The notes under the pieces are model-generated. The model was given only the letters and a program-made list of their open reading frames with translations. It did no database searches and was not told where the DNA came from. A stretch of 63,184 nucleotides of DNA, filler included, from Dimargaris cristalligena (lineage: Eukaryota): the NCBI GenBank assembly GCA_003614675.1. It is 11 parts of 11 records of this genome, joined end to end, with 100 filler letters (N's around TTAATTAATTAA, not from the genome) between each part and the next. Parts side by side here need not be neighbours in the genome. Positions count along the whole stretch, not along the records: positions 23,107 to 28,756 come from ML003594.1; positions 28,857 to 34,499 come from ML003595.1; positions 34,600 to 40,242 come from ML003596.1; 8 more parts are not named here. One strand, 5' to 3'. Below, one piece after another: positions 23,364 to 36,188 of this stretch. The translations under genes were made by a program, and so were the position numbers. Every line of letters starts with the position of its first letter. Position 1 is the first letter of the stretch.

Positions 23364-24818
23364 TCACATGGTGCATGTCAGTTTAGATATATTGGGAACT
23401 GGGCTATGGGTGTAGGCTTGGTCCTGCAGAGGTTGCATGACCAGAACTGCTGAGACTGTAGCTGATTGTGCAATTTCAGGTTTTGCATGTGCCCTGATAT
23501 TTGAATTATAGGAACAGGGACTACACCATGGTATAGGTTGACTAGTTCAACTATGGTAGTATTCTTGTCAGGTGTTAGGCCAGTAGTTTGAGGCCCCTCC
23601 CTTCCAGGACTAAGGCTGGGGTTGGACTCCTTGTCCTCCCCGGGGTTAGCAAGGTCACTGGCCATCAGGTTTGGAGGACTCAAGGTACCTGGGCAAATCA
23701 TGGAGAACTCAGGAAACGGTCCTTCAGCTAGGTGGATCAGATCAGAGCTGTGTTCAGAGGTCGAACTGGGGAACAGCAGTAAATGTTCTACGTGAAAGGG
23801 TCCTACACTCCCGTCATTGGAGTTAGGTACTGGAGGAGCCACAGTGGCTATGTGCTGAAAATAAGATAATGAAATTTAAGAAAACAAAAAATTGACTTCC
23901 AGTTGAAGTCCTTAACTGATGCTGGGTAAAATACTGGATGAAGTTAAAATATAGATATTTATTCTGAATAATAAAAACTTATCTTGAAGATAACTTGCCA
24001 TTTTAAGGGCTGGCTGGGGATACTATATATATGCAAATTGAGGCTATGAACTTAGAGCTATGCTACTACTTTAGGATGTTGCCCTCAGATAGACTGACAA
24101 CCATAAAACCACGAAGGGAAAAACTGGCTGGGTCTTCAAGTTTGAATTTCATACTAAAATAGTTAAAGAAAATGGAAGGTGGAAATACCTCAGATCCACC
24201 AAGGCATTCATAGTTACTGAATAATGATAAGGATGAAGGAAAGCTTCAGCACTGCCCACTTTGTTCCAACATGAGAGGATATTCCTTCCAACTCAGCTAG
24301 AATCATGAACACAAATGATGTGGAAGTAACCATTCAGGCGGCAGAACTGGAAATAGGCAGGGTTGGAAATAGGGACAACTAGGTGGGTGGTTTTCAAATA
24401 AGCATTTGGAGTAGCCACTATTTGTTCAGTGTGTGTTGGCATCGTGCAGTGAGAGGGGATGGCTGGTTATTCCCATGGAAGGAGAAAACCATACCTGCCC
24501 ATGGCAGTACATCATCTGGCACTTATTACAGAAAGCCACCACCACCCCTCTTGATTCTGAAACCCCATATCATTTAAGCAAGGTTATGGACTTCTATACG
24601 CATACTCTGAATGCTGCTCTGACTACCAATATTGAGGCTATACAATGCATGAAACCTGTCATTGCCTGCTTTGCACTCACCCTAACCGCCTAATTGTTTT
24701 CCGAGCAATTCAGAGATGAAGATAGTGAAGAAACCGTGAAGGCTTTCAATGATGTGATCACATTCTTTAATGAAAGGGTGGATTGGCAAGGTGAAGCTGA
24801 ACTTGTAGGCATAGACAC

Positions 24819-25061
24819 TGTTGAGGAATACCATGTCGAAGTTGCCCAGGGCTAATAACCTGGACCACCATAACGAAGTGCATAGCCCCGTCTCTAGACC
24901 GGACTGCGGCGAAGGCCATCGATGTAGAAAATAGGAGCGGCCACTCGACTCGCACTCCTACTCTACCTGAACCTTTAAATCCTCCAGTATAAAAGGAAGG
25001 ATGTTCTCAACGATACAGTATCCCTCAGATGACTCGCACCTCTATTGTACTCCCATTAACA
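24819..25061 (+). mobile_element. Possible short solo LTR (TGTTGA...TTAACA)
   Basis: TG..CA termini with a short inverted repeat; TATAAAA near 24988; 3' part resembles 23117-23140. No TSD found. Confidence 0.4.
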
Positions 25062-25430
25062 AAATCTAGTCAAGGATGGTCACGTGTTTTTACGATTCTT
25101 TTAAGCGTAAATATTTAGAACACCGGGCTACTTGGCGAATAATGATGGGTTCTATCGATTTAGCTCTTAGTCGCCAGCTTATGTGGTATTCTTATTCTCA
25201 TACAAAATTATCTTCAGCAATGGCCAGCACAGACTTATCTATTGACCTTGTCCATTTAACCTTCGCTAATAGTCTCTTACCCTCTTTCCCTGCCTCACTA
25301 AACATTCAGCCGTTTCCTTTGTATAGTGCTATTTCTATCGGCTAACTAGCCTATATGAGGCGCCATTGTGACTGAACACCTCACCCGATTTACTTATCCC
25401 CTCTCTCTTACTCGCCCCCGTGCCCTCGAC

Positions 25431-28195
25431 ATGTCGAGCATTTCCCGAACATCTGTACCCCTGGTCGCCTTGGTGGCTGTAGTGGTCGTGGCTATTTCCA
25501 CTACCTACGGGTTCTATGCTGTGTTCCGACCCACCGGTGGCCGAAGTCATAAGGCAGGTACCGCCCAGCGCCACAGGAAACGGTCCAAGAAACCGACCAG
25601 AAGCGTACCAAAGGCCAAACCCGAGGTTAACCAAGCTAGTCCCCCAACGTCAGCAACTCGCTCTACCCCACTTAGTAAGTTTATTTGCAATAGTTCATTG
25701 CTGGGCCAATGCAATGGGGTTGCTCGCTTGTACTTGTTTAAGACGTATACACCCGTGTCTTAAACGCCCGCAATATAGTAGAGAGGTCTCATACCAACCC
25801 CGATAGACTAAAATAGTTTCCCTGGTACCCCTTTTTTTGTGTGATGCTATCAGACCTTTACCCGCCAGGGCTCAACAATTGCGGTAACACCTGCTTTATG
25901 AACTCTGTCCTCCAGGTAATTGTTAATCGATGCCCTACTCAACTGTCGTTAAATCATGGGCGAACCCTTGGGCCACCTAATATACCCGCTTCCTATTTCT
26001 TATACTTGCCAATAATATGATGTTTGTACAATCCAACCCCATACCAGGCCTTCGCCGCATTACCGGACCTTTATGTTTACCTATGCGTATTCCACTGGCT
26101 GAAGGAATGTGAGCCGGCGTCAAAATATACAACTGGTTCGATGACCTTCACAGCCGATTCGCTAATTAACATTCGCTCCACGGGCTCTTGGAAGAACGGT
26201 GGTATAGTTGAAGCACTCCTTCTAACTATGGCAAGTAAGTAACCTATATTCTGTTATAAACACATCTTTTTATATGCCAAGTATACGGTTGAGCCTCGAA
26301 TGCCAATTGTATGGGATGGTTATGTAGCATCGGGGTTGTAGCCCATTTCGAACAGTTGGCCGAGTGATAAACTAATGGCGATTTATTGATATACCCCCTA
26401 ATTGAATTACGCCTGCCGGTTTGTAGAACTTCAGCGGCCCAGTCGGCATCGAACATCCTTCGTACCCCATCAGATGCTAGCATCATTGAGTAAATCAGCG
26501 GCATGGGTCTCAAGCCGACAGCAACAGGTAGGTTATTAGTTTGATTTATATGGGGGTGCCAGTGTACTATAATAGGAATGAATTAGTATAGTTTGGGGAG
26601 ATCAAGACATACTCAACATCACTCTAATTTGGCCCACTCTGCCTATTCTCTAACCGCATAACCCGTACTTCTTCACTGATGTTAAATAGGACGCGCAAGA
26701 GCTTTTCCAGATATTGTCGACCAATATAGTCTACACTCCACCGCCAAATGAACTACCCTCGTCCCTCCTGGATTTATCAGTATGGTTAGAGACTGCCTCC
26801 GAGCCCCAATCTACTACATCTTTGCGGGAAGGCTCGCTGCGACAGAGCCTGACAACCGCTGGATCTATAGACAGTCTCACTTCCCTGGTGAGCCCTACGG
26901 GTGCGCTAAAACGGTTGCGTAGCCCCTTTGTAGGTACCAGCGCCCAGCGCACGGCCTGTCTCCAGTGCGGGTATACGGCCGCCATCCGCCACTTTACATT
27001 CGATTCACTATCGTTCCACCTTCCCCTCCAAACCAGACAGAGCCTATTGGAATGTCTGTTAACTTATACCCACCTCGACACGATTGACGATTTTAATTGC
27101 CAGCGGTGTTCAGTCTCGAAAACCCTGGCCCAGTTAGAGGAACAGATCCTTACGGAAAGTTCCGCCGCGGACGCTCGCCGGTTAGATCGCACGGGAACTA
27201 AAGGACGCCGCCAGGGCGTTGCCAAAGCCCACCTCGCCAAATTACAAAAGGAGCGGGATACTCTTCTGCGGGCATTGGCGGAGAATAACTTGGAGGATGC
27301 CTCAATGGAGAGTAAGTAGATAATTATTAAATGGTGCCCCACTGTCGAAATGGAGGCGGTTACTCACTGTTAGAGCTACCAAGCATACCATGAGGGCTTC
27401 TTGGGCCTCGTCTTCTATACTTAGCTATTGGCCTATTGCGCAATACTTAAGCATAGGGCTAGGTGATCCCTGCATTATTGACCGATGATCCCGCCCAATC
27501 ATTAAGACCAAGAGACTAAACCTCACATATTTTCTTTTGAACACCATTTTCCATGAACGTACCCCAAAGAAATCGATCTTCTGCGATCTGGAACGTCCCA
27601 GCGACCTACTCGGTGTACCAAGCAGATTATGTTTGCCCGGCCTCCACCAATTCTGTGTGTCCATTTTTCGCGCTCCATCTTTCACCCCTCGGGCCAAACT
27701 TTGAAAAATGATTGCCATGTAGATTTCCCCGAAATTCTGGATTTAACTCCTTTTGTAACAGGACAACTGGAAACCCAGCCCCGACAGCCTCTGACCAAGG
27801 CCCGGTGGGTGCCATCACCATCCACAACCGGCCCTGATGCGGCCACCAGTACTTTTCAATATCGCCTCCAGGCCGTCCTTGTTCACCGGGGAAGCCATTC
27901 GTCAGGGCACTTTATTACCTATCGACGGGCCCGAGTGGATCAGTCAGAACCCAATCCGGCCTTTTACTGGTCCCGTCTCACATTGGATACCCGGCGGGTT
28001 CTGGAAAACTGTGGGGTCCAGCTGGATGGGCCTGCGCCGTCGGATAATGTGCCAAGGGCGTCGGAACAATGGTTCCGCATCTCAGACGAAACGGTGGATC
28101 CCGTAGAGTTACCCCAGGTACTCGCGGCCGGAGATGCCTATATGTTATTCTACGAGCGTATTACACCCCAGGACATGCATTTGCGCTCCGTCTAG
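25431..28195 (+). CDS. Ubiquitin-specific protease with N-terminal TM anchor (USP30/Ubp16/Ubp1-like); exons about 25431-25674, 25854-25915, 26048-26233, 26428-26527, 26690-27311, 27570-28195
   Basis: TM LVALVAVVVVAISTTYGFYAVF; Cys box PGLNNCGNTCFMNSVLQ; QQQDAQELFQ; CxxC pairs; His box VHRGSHSSGHFITYR; WFRISDE; AYMLFYER; GT..AG introns. Confidence 0.9.
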
Positions 28196-28856
28196 TCAGC
28201 CACTTTAGTTGGGTAACGGCATGGTGCTGTATGTGGATTGACCTACTATAAAATGTTAATAAAAAATACAAGCCAACTTATGTATATACAGTATACGTTT
28301 GAGGGCTATTGAGGCTGTGTCCGCGGTCTAGATGACAAGGCTTTCGTCGAGACCTGCATGGTGCAGCTACCCGGCCCTAATTGTAATTCTAGTAAATGGA
28401 TAGAACCATTAATTTTATCCAACCTAGTTGATATAGGCATGGCTGTTTTAGTCGACGGGGTGACAGGTCAAAGAGGTAATAATAGCACCCCCTATTCTGA
28501 TAGAGAGGGGATGTGCGATAACACAGTGTATTCATTATTATCTGATCACTTACTCAGGAAATACAACTCAAATGATTAATAAAATAAGACATGAAATGCT
28601 AAGCGCAGCGTAGAATTGGAAGGGTAATCCTGGCATATGTTGACTGCCAACGACTGAACTAATTGGCTATAACAGCTCCCTCATTCGGGCCAACTTCAAA
28701 CACGACATTACCCTATATTAACTGGGCCAGCCCACCACAAAGGCCAAAGTGAGTCGNNNNNNNNNNNNNNNNNNNNNNNNNNNNNNNNNNNNNNNNNNNN
28801 TTAATTAATTAANNNNNNNNNNNNNNNNNNNNNNNNNNNNNNNNNNNNNNNNNNNN

Positions 28857-28910
28857 CCCTGATAAGGTTATCGGGCTATATTACCTTGTGGCAATAATTG
28901 CAACCACAAC
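28857..28910. repeat. Short hairpin-containing dispersed repeat (second copy ~39405-39458)
   Basis: ccctgataaggttatcgggctatattaccttgtgg vs ccctgataaggctatcaggctatattaccttatgg. Confidence 0.7.
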
Positions 28911-30879
28911 AACAGCAATAGAAAATTGGAAGTACTAAGGATATATCAATCAAACTGTATTAAAGGAAAGAAAATAGCTAGAGACTGGTAGGCACTACTA
29001 AATGGGCCAGTTTAATTAAATAGTATAGATGATAGGGGGTATTTGAAGTGGTTAAATTGACAAGAACTAAAGTAACTAAATAAACAACATAATTGGCCAG
29101 AAACAGGAGATAAAAATATACCCGCTGGGGTATGTTTACCAATGTATACTGCCCAACCCTTGATGAGGAGTACTGTTCCTATCTGGTGGGGCCTAACGAG
29201 TTCGAGTTTCGACTGTAGTCCTATGTTCCAGATAAGCCCATTGATTGCGTATAGTCAAAAATCAGATTCTAAGTAAGCCCCAGTATAGGCCCATTATGAC
29301 AGAAACCAATCCTTCCCCCCACACTTTGTATTTAATTGGCTAAACACCCTATTTAAAAGAGATTCAGATTTAAATTGACAGCCCTGGTGACCATGGCATA
29401 TGTCGGGCATGTTTTAACATTGTTACACTGGAGAGTGGGTGGACTGAAAGCTATAATCCGCCTTTAGAATTCCTATTTACACCAACCTCCTACTCTTCAA
29501 ATAGCATTACGTAATCCTGTCGAGGCCGTATAAATTCGCTTATCTCTTATCCTATATAAATAATAGACACCCGGCGGTCGATAACAAGGGCTTATCTGGG
29601 TAAATAGAACTTTGTTCAACTCTTCTTAAAGTTCACAGACTAGCTGCGTTGTTTTTATGACACCATCTATTAGCCCATTATAAACTACTTACCCCCACCT
29701 TTCTGACTATTAGATTACAATGAAACCTATATCCCTGGACTAAAACTGTCCCTCTGTATACTCTTTATGGGCTCAACATCTCGAGGGCCTATTCGGGTCA
29801 CACCTGGATACAATAGACATACTATATTCTTGGAAGGTACTGAAATTCTTGGACAAGGTGTGGTAAACCAAAGCACTAAACCCACTAACATGTGGATACT
29901 GGCTGGTCAAACTATAGTGGATTTTTTACGGTCTAAATGGCACTGTCTCCAGTAACAATAGGTCAGGGCCTGTGAAATATCCAAATGAACGGTCTGCGTC
30001 TCTTGGCTTGATTTGGTTGAATTGGAAGGCACGCACTAAACCAAAACTGGCGTGCTTCTTCGTACTACAGGATATATTTGTATCAGGTGTACGGCTAAAC
30101 AAAACCCTCGGGATTAGTTCTGTTTACATAATATTGCTGCTTTTACCCACCAGTACCTATTTGGAAGGATTCCATAAGTAACATCGCTGGATGAAATAGG
30201 CACATCGATGTCAAGTAGGATGCAATAGTCACTGAACTCCTGATCCGATTGAAGGGATTATAACAAACGCAGTAAATTTTCGATAACCATGGGAGTGAAG
30301 CGAAGGGATTTCCGAATAATAGTGTGAAAAATCTACTTTGTTAAACATTCCACATCGACTGACAGGTGACCTTGGTCATCGTACGTATAAACTCCCGCGT
30401 AGGGTTCCCTAACGAAACCGTATGATTATGCGATCACTAAATAGGCTAAACCCATTGTTGGTTTTTCTATTTTAATATTAAACCAAGCGACCACAACAAG
30501 GGCTCGTTGGAAGGAACCTATATACAACTTTCAGTCTTCATCGGAAATATAGTGACACAACAAAAAAGGGCATTCCAAAATACCTCTTGACTAGTCACCG
30601 TAGGTGGATATAAATAGGGATCCTTATCCAGCTGGCCCTGCTCCAGTGAACATTGTGCTAAGCTCATTCTCCCCCACACCATTTTCTCGAATTCCGACGC
30701 CTTAACCTCTCGAATTCTGCGACTTCAGTCATTTTATATTGACCCCATACCGTCGGATCCGGATTTTATATCAATAGGTTCATCGTTGACATTCTAGTGA
30801 CGTCCCACTTGTGTTAAAGTATAGCATTTAGGCCACTTTTAGTATAAGCAACTGCCATCTCGATTCAAATGAACGAGTC

Positions 30880-31556
30880 ATGGATGAATTCTCTTCACTC
30901 ATGTACGCCCGCGAGAAGAACAGGTGAGTTGGAAGTCCTTATAAATATACGACTTATTTCAGACCATCCTTTTCATTGATGCACTATTCGTACTACAAAC
31001 ATTGCCATCTCGTAGTACGACTATTATTAATTTCACCATATGTATTGAAATGTACATGATTCTCCTGGTTTTTAATTCCTACCATGGTTTCCAATGCATA
31101 CCCAAAGAAGGACACTATGCAAAGGACAAAATGACTCTTGCTCTACGAAATCAGCAGTTTTTTATGTCCCCCAATATCTCGATTTACGATAATATCACTT
31201 GGGGTAACGTGAACTTCCACAATCGCCCACCTGGTACGGTCGCCCTCCTCATTATACAAGGTATAAATAATACGGATTTATGCCATAACATTTTCGTCGG
31301 GCTTAATTTGGACAAGGATCGAGAATGGCAGATGAGTGACGCCGATTTTTCTGTGCAGCTCCGAGCCATTCTGCATGAGCTCCACCGAGGTAATGTCAAT
31401 GCGGACTTATTTATTATTCCCCCGCACATGGCCACCCGCTTCCGGTACTATATGGGCTTGAGTCGCCTCCGACCCTTGTTGACGGAAATCGGTTTCGAAC
31501 TAACTTCCATATGGAGGACCAAAAGTTTTTTGACTTGGTCCTGGTCACAGCCCTAA
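30880..31556 (+). CDS. Hypothetical protein, probably spliced; exon structure uncertain
   Basis: ATG 30880 followed by a GTGAGT donor at 30924; 184-codon open frame ending 31556; no recognisable domain. Confidence 0.3.
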
Positions 31557-32366
31557 CCAGGCGAGATCCTTTGCCATGGTTCTTTCGTCGATTCGTTTGA
31601 CTCGTGTTATTTACTTGGGAAGAATTGCTCTGTATTAGGAGGACTTGAAACCATGCTGAACACGGTATACTCCCCACTCCATACCTCCCTTAACCATATT
31701 GTCGCTCTTAATAACCAACGGGATTACAAGCGGACTGGATACCACCTTCGCCTGGTACCATCAACGAGGCGCAGGAATTCCACCTTGCTACAGGACCTCA
31801 TTCCTTCATTTATTCTACATAACATATCCATTATAACCTTCTATTTTTATACATCACTAAATACATCTTTTAAGTAGCGTTTTCCAGCATGTTCTGCGCT
31901 GGTTCGACACCTTTATTATTAGTCTGCTTGGCTATATTAAGCTGAGTTAATTCCTATAGTCGAATCTTTAGTTAATTAGCATACATTCTATACACTATCT
32001 ATATATTAACTTGACCTATCAATATATTACTTGGTTATTATCAATAAAGCGCCCTTCGCATCAACTACTTGTGTGTTCATTCCTATTGCTCGACCTAGGC
32101 GTAGGCTGCTAATTACTACTGGGATTATTGCCTACGACAATCAGGACTAAGTATAACATTGCTGGAGGTGCCCACGCAGCCATCAGTGACGCTCCTTTAC
32201 CACTGATGCCCCTGATTTTTACAATAATATTTTAATCAGTGGCTATTTTCCCATTTACAATTATAGAATTAACGGAATAATAGTTATTTAGTGTAATGAA
32301 AAATACCTTTATAATGACAATATGGATAAACTTAAAAATGCTCATATATAATCAAATCATTAATAC

Positions 32367-32916
32367 TGTCAGCCCACCTAATCCCCCCTAAATACAGTAA
32401 TACTGATCATCCCATCCTATCTTGCCTTATTGCACCATATTACCCCCCCTTTGCTATATAACCTACTATATCCAGGTCCCAACACTTCTCATGCAATACC
32501 CCACTGGCTGATCCGATGTTCCTCCTTTCCCAGTAGAGTCCTCCAAAAGTAAGCCCACCCAGTCGAGACTCTAACTCTCACCTCTTCTTTAGTCATCCCA
32601 TTCTCTTAGGGACCTCCCATTCCAAGTGGTCCCTGCGTATAAATAACCAGGCCCCTCTGGGACTAGTTTAGCTCCTCAGCTTATTCCTCACCCCCATAGT
32701 TTACCTCAATAAACTCCCTATATGCTTACCCATTGTATTAGCCAGTAAGTGTGCCTGCTGCATGACCCTTGCATTAGCTTACACCCATCCTTATTTAGTT
32801 AGTACTAACCTCTCCCTAATGCTAGTAGCCCACTTGGCTAAGTCTAAGCCCCACCTACCATTAGAAGCCTATCCCTGGGACTCTTGATGGACTAAGAGTA
32901 GTTAACTCAGGTGACA
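32367..32916 (+). mobile_element. Complete solo LTR (family B), 550 bp
   Basis: TGTCA...TGACA termini; 5-bp TSD AATAC/AATAT (one C>T); TATAAATA near 32638; homologues at 17355 and 32969. Confidence 0.88.
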
Positions 32917-32968
32917 AATATAAAAACTGACCCCAATTGTGTATATTATAGTAATAGAGAATTGGCAG

Positions 32969-33552
32969 TATCACTCAGGTTAACTACCCTTAGTCTGTCA
33001 AAAGTCCTGAAGATAGGTTTCTAACAGTAGGTGGGGCTTAGGCCCAGCTTAATGGGTCACTGGTATCAGGTATAGGGTATGGTACTAACAAATAAAGGCT
33101 ATAGTATATATATGCAAGGGATATGCAGGAAAGTATACTTACTGGTTAGTATAAGGGGGAGTAGGTATATATAGGGTTTATTGGATAAATGAGGGGTACA
33201 AATAAGCTAAGGAATCTAACTGGTCCCAACAGGGCCTAATTATATATATGTAGGGATAACTCCAGAGGGAGGTCCCAAGGGGAATACTAATAAGACTAAT
33301 AGCTAGGTAAATAGGCTGACTGGATAATTGTTATTATCTGGAAGACTCAGATGGCAATTGGAAGGGTCTAAAGGATCAGCACTTGAGTAATTAGTGTAAT
33401 GAAGCAGAGTCTGGGTGGGGGAGGGTTATATATAATAAAGGATAATCCCATGGTATTGGGTGTGACTATGGGAAAGCTAATATGGTACTAGAAGGCCTAA
33501 TATAGTTGAGTGTCTAATCTAGCTAGATTAAGGTAAATTAGATAGGCCAACA
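32969..33552 (-). mobile_element. Second, more decayed family-B LTR in inverted orientation
   Basis: tatcactcaggttaactacccttagtctgtcaaaagtcc... is the reverse complement of the 3' end of 32367-32916; far end approximate (attagataggccaaca). Confidence 0.7.
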
Positions 33553-34369
33553 CAGACCACTGCTTAAAATAGTTTAATTTAGATTTTTAATAATATATCT
33601 AACATTGGCCTTGTAAAACTCACAATTCTTATCCTATTTGATTATTTTGAGTTATTTCAATCATTTATAGTAGTGGCAAAAGTAGTTCTCCAGTAAGGAA
33701 ATCCATGAAGGGAATGTCTTTTCCTTATCATATTCCTTTTATATTATGGAAATATGGTATTACTATGGGTTTTTACAGATAAATTGGTAAGTAAGTGACT
33801 AATAGAAAAATAATCCCTTATAAAGTTATGAAAGGGTACTTAAACCCACCAATTGCCTGACAAGTAAAAGGGAGATAAATAGCATTATCCCTTTTTTTTA
33901 CTATTATATTTTTTTCAACATGAACCTATTCCTAGAACTTATCACCTAGGTTCACTTAGCCACTATGAACCCTCTGAACCCCAGGACCAGTAACACCAGC
34001 AATATCCATTAAATGGACTTGGATAACTCAGCTAATAGTACTATCTGACCCCTTAGTGCTGGCCCAGCACAGCTATATTCTCCACCTGACACATAATATT
34101 CCTACTAGTAGCCATAGTAGGGTCAGACATATACTTGCACAAATTATGCAGCTATACTTTTGGCCAAATGCAGCCTAGGGCATCACTAAATACCAGCAAG
34201 TCTTCCCCTAATGCTAGAAATTTTCATAAAAGGGTGAAGTTGCCCATACCCACACTCTCCCAGTTATATAGGCCTTTGATGAAGTTGATATTAATATAAT
34301 TAGTCCCTTTGTAGTCACCAATACAGGGAACTCTTATGCCATAGTTGCTAGGCTATTTTACTTTGTGGG

Positions 34370-34499
34370 TGTAAAGAACTAAACTCAAATCCTCAAAAAC
34401 TGAACTTTATTTGAAAAGATAGGTGATAAAAGGGAAAGGTAATGATAGACTTGCTATTCCAAGAGGTGGCAGCAAGGGGGAGTATTTATACTTGGAAGT
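34370..34499 (-). mobile_element. LTR family A (partial)
   Basis: Starts TGTAAAGAAC; minus strand has TATAAATA and AATAAA; matches 11577-11692. Confidence 0.82.
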
Positions 34500-34599
34500 N
34501 NNNNNNNNNNNNNNNNNNNNNNNNNNNNNNNNNNNNNNNNNNNTTAATTAATTAANNNNNNNNNNNNNNNNNNNNNNNNNNNNNNNNNNNNNNNNNNNN

Positions 34600-35094
34600 G
34601 TAGCTTTTGAGGGTTTTTGACCAAATTACCCATTATCATGTTCCCTGTGGATAGCAATTATGACCAAAAGGTCGCCTGCCTGAGATTCACATTAAATAAA
34701 ACTCTACTTCATCTGAGCTAGACCCCCTCTTCCATATAATATAAAGACTCAATGTGCATTTTATACCTAAGCACTAAGTGTGTGGATATTTTGCAATGGC
34801 CCACTTTGTGATGGGGGCAAATGGTATGCCGTACAGTGGGGATTTTATAATAGCTCCCCCCATATTGAAATCCCAGTGGAGCTAAAAGGCCAAATGGGGT
34901 CTGATATAAATCAGGTAGACTGTGCTTGCCCTTGTGAACAGCTTGCCACCCAGCAACTTACATATTTTGTCATTAATTTCTGCCCTTATTACACATAGTT
35001 ATGCCCATTAAGAAAGAACCTGGTTCATTATAGATTAGGGAAAGTGATTTATGGTTCACTAATATACAGTATAGAGGCCATTCTAGGCATTCAG
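34600..35094. repeat. Left copy of a 495-bp inverted repeat bracketing contig 7 (partner 39748-40242)
   Basis: Reverse-complement match with at least five differences, all transitions. Confidence 0.95.
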
Positions 35095-36188
35095 CTCATT
35101 TTTAGTAAGATGGTGCTTTGAAATTGGAAATGAAATATTGGGAGGCCTTAATTATACATCTGTGTATTTGGCCACTGGTGACCAGTATCAACATTATGAA
35201 CTCATTTTATTTATATCACTTCCTTCTATTTCTCTTAGCTTAAGCATTATCATACTTCATTATGGAAGGACATTCAACACTCATTATAGACTAGACGCTA
35301 TCTTACTATCTTTGCCAGATCAATCATTGCCGGAAATACCCCGAATACTTAAGCCACATTTAATCTATTACCTTTTGCCCCCCTACCTGCTGGCCTCCTT
35401 TCGACTGTGGATAGCCTTTTTGATTACCAAGTCGCGTAATTAGTAGTGTTTTTTTGCACACCATCTGACTTTAGCCGCCATTATATTCTAGTATCTATTG
35501 GCTAGTTCAGTCCTAATTATTATCGCCACCCCTTATTCTACTATTGTGTCTTAGTTATCACAGATTCTCTCTAAGGTTATGAAAACCAAAGTAGAGAGTG
35601 CCATCAATTACTTTAAATGTACAGAGTTCAGCAGAAATTGAGGCCAAATGGGGAAACTCAACACCGACTTTAGCTCTGGTTTCCGATAAGCCAGTGCCTA
35701 TATCTATGTTCTGGTGGTACGACTAGAGTAATCTGTATTGTGAAGCATTTTAATGGTTTAATTATAGTTTCAGGATATCTTTTCTTTGACACGATGCCTG
35801 TATCATGTTTACTACTGATATATTCAGGTTTCCCGCTTATCCACATTTATATTTCTCATCTAATGGCATCCCCCGCTAGCGTCTCTACCCATATCTGTTG
35901 AGATCCTTCAAGACCAGGACCCAGCAGTACACCACAATCTGCTTCCCCTATTGCATGTTAGCCACATTGACTCACATAAAGGCTAAGATTGGCCCTGTAG
36001 CTATTTCACGTCAAATTTTTTCTCTGGTTTCGCAGAGTCTATAGACTACACAATACAGGCTGGATTCCACTACCGGAATATTGGAACTTCTTTACTTCGT
36101 TTTCACTACCCTTCACTGCCAGTGGCGGACCCTTTTCTTCAATTTCCACCTTTTCTATTCCTTCTTATACATGGTTCACTTGTAAGGC

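Noticed and set aside
23378-24760. ORFs 23378-23842 and 24433-24693
   Set aside because: In CpG-depleted relic DNA, non-ATG starts, no recognisable domain.
34780-34998. 72-aa ORF duplicated at 39844-40062
   Set aside because: By-product of the inverted repeat; GTG start and no motif.
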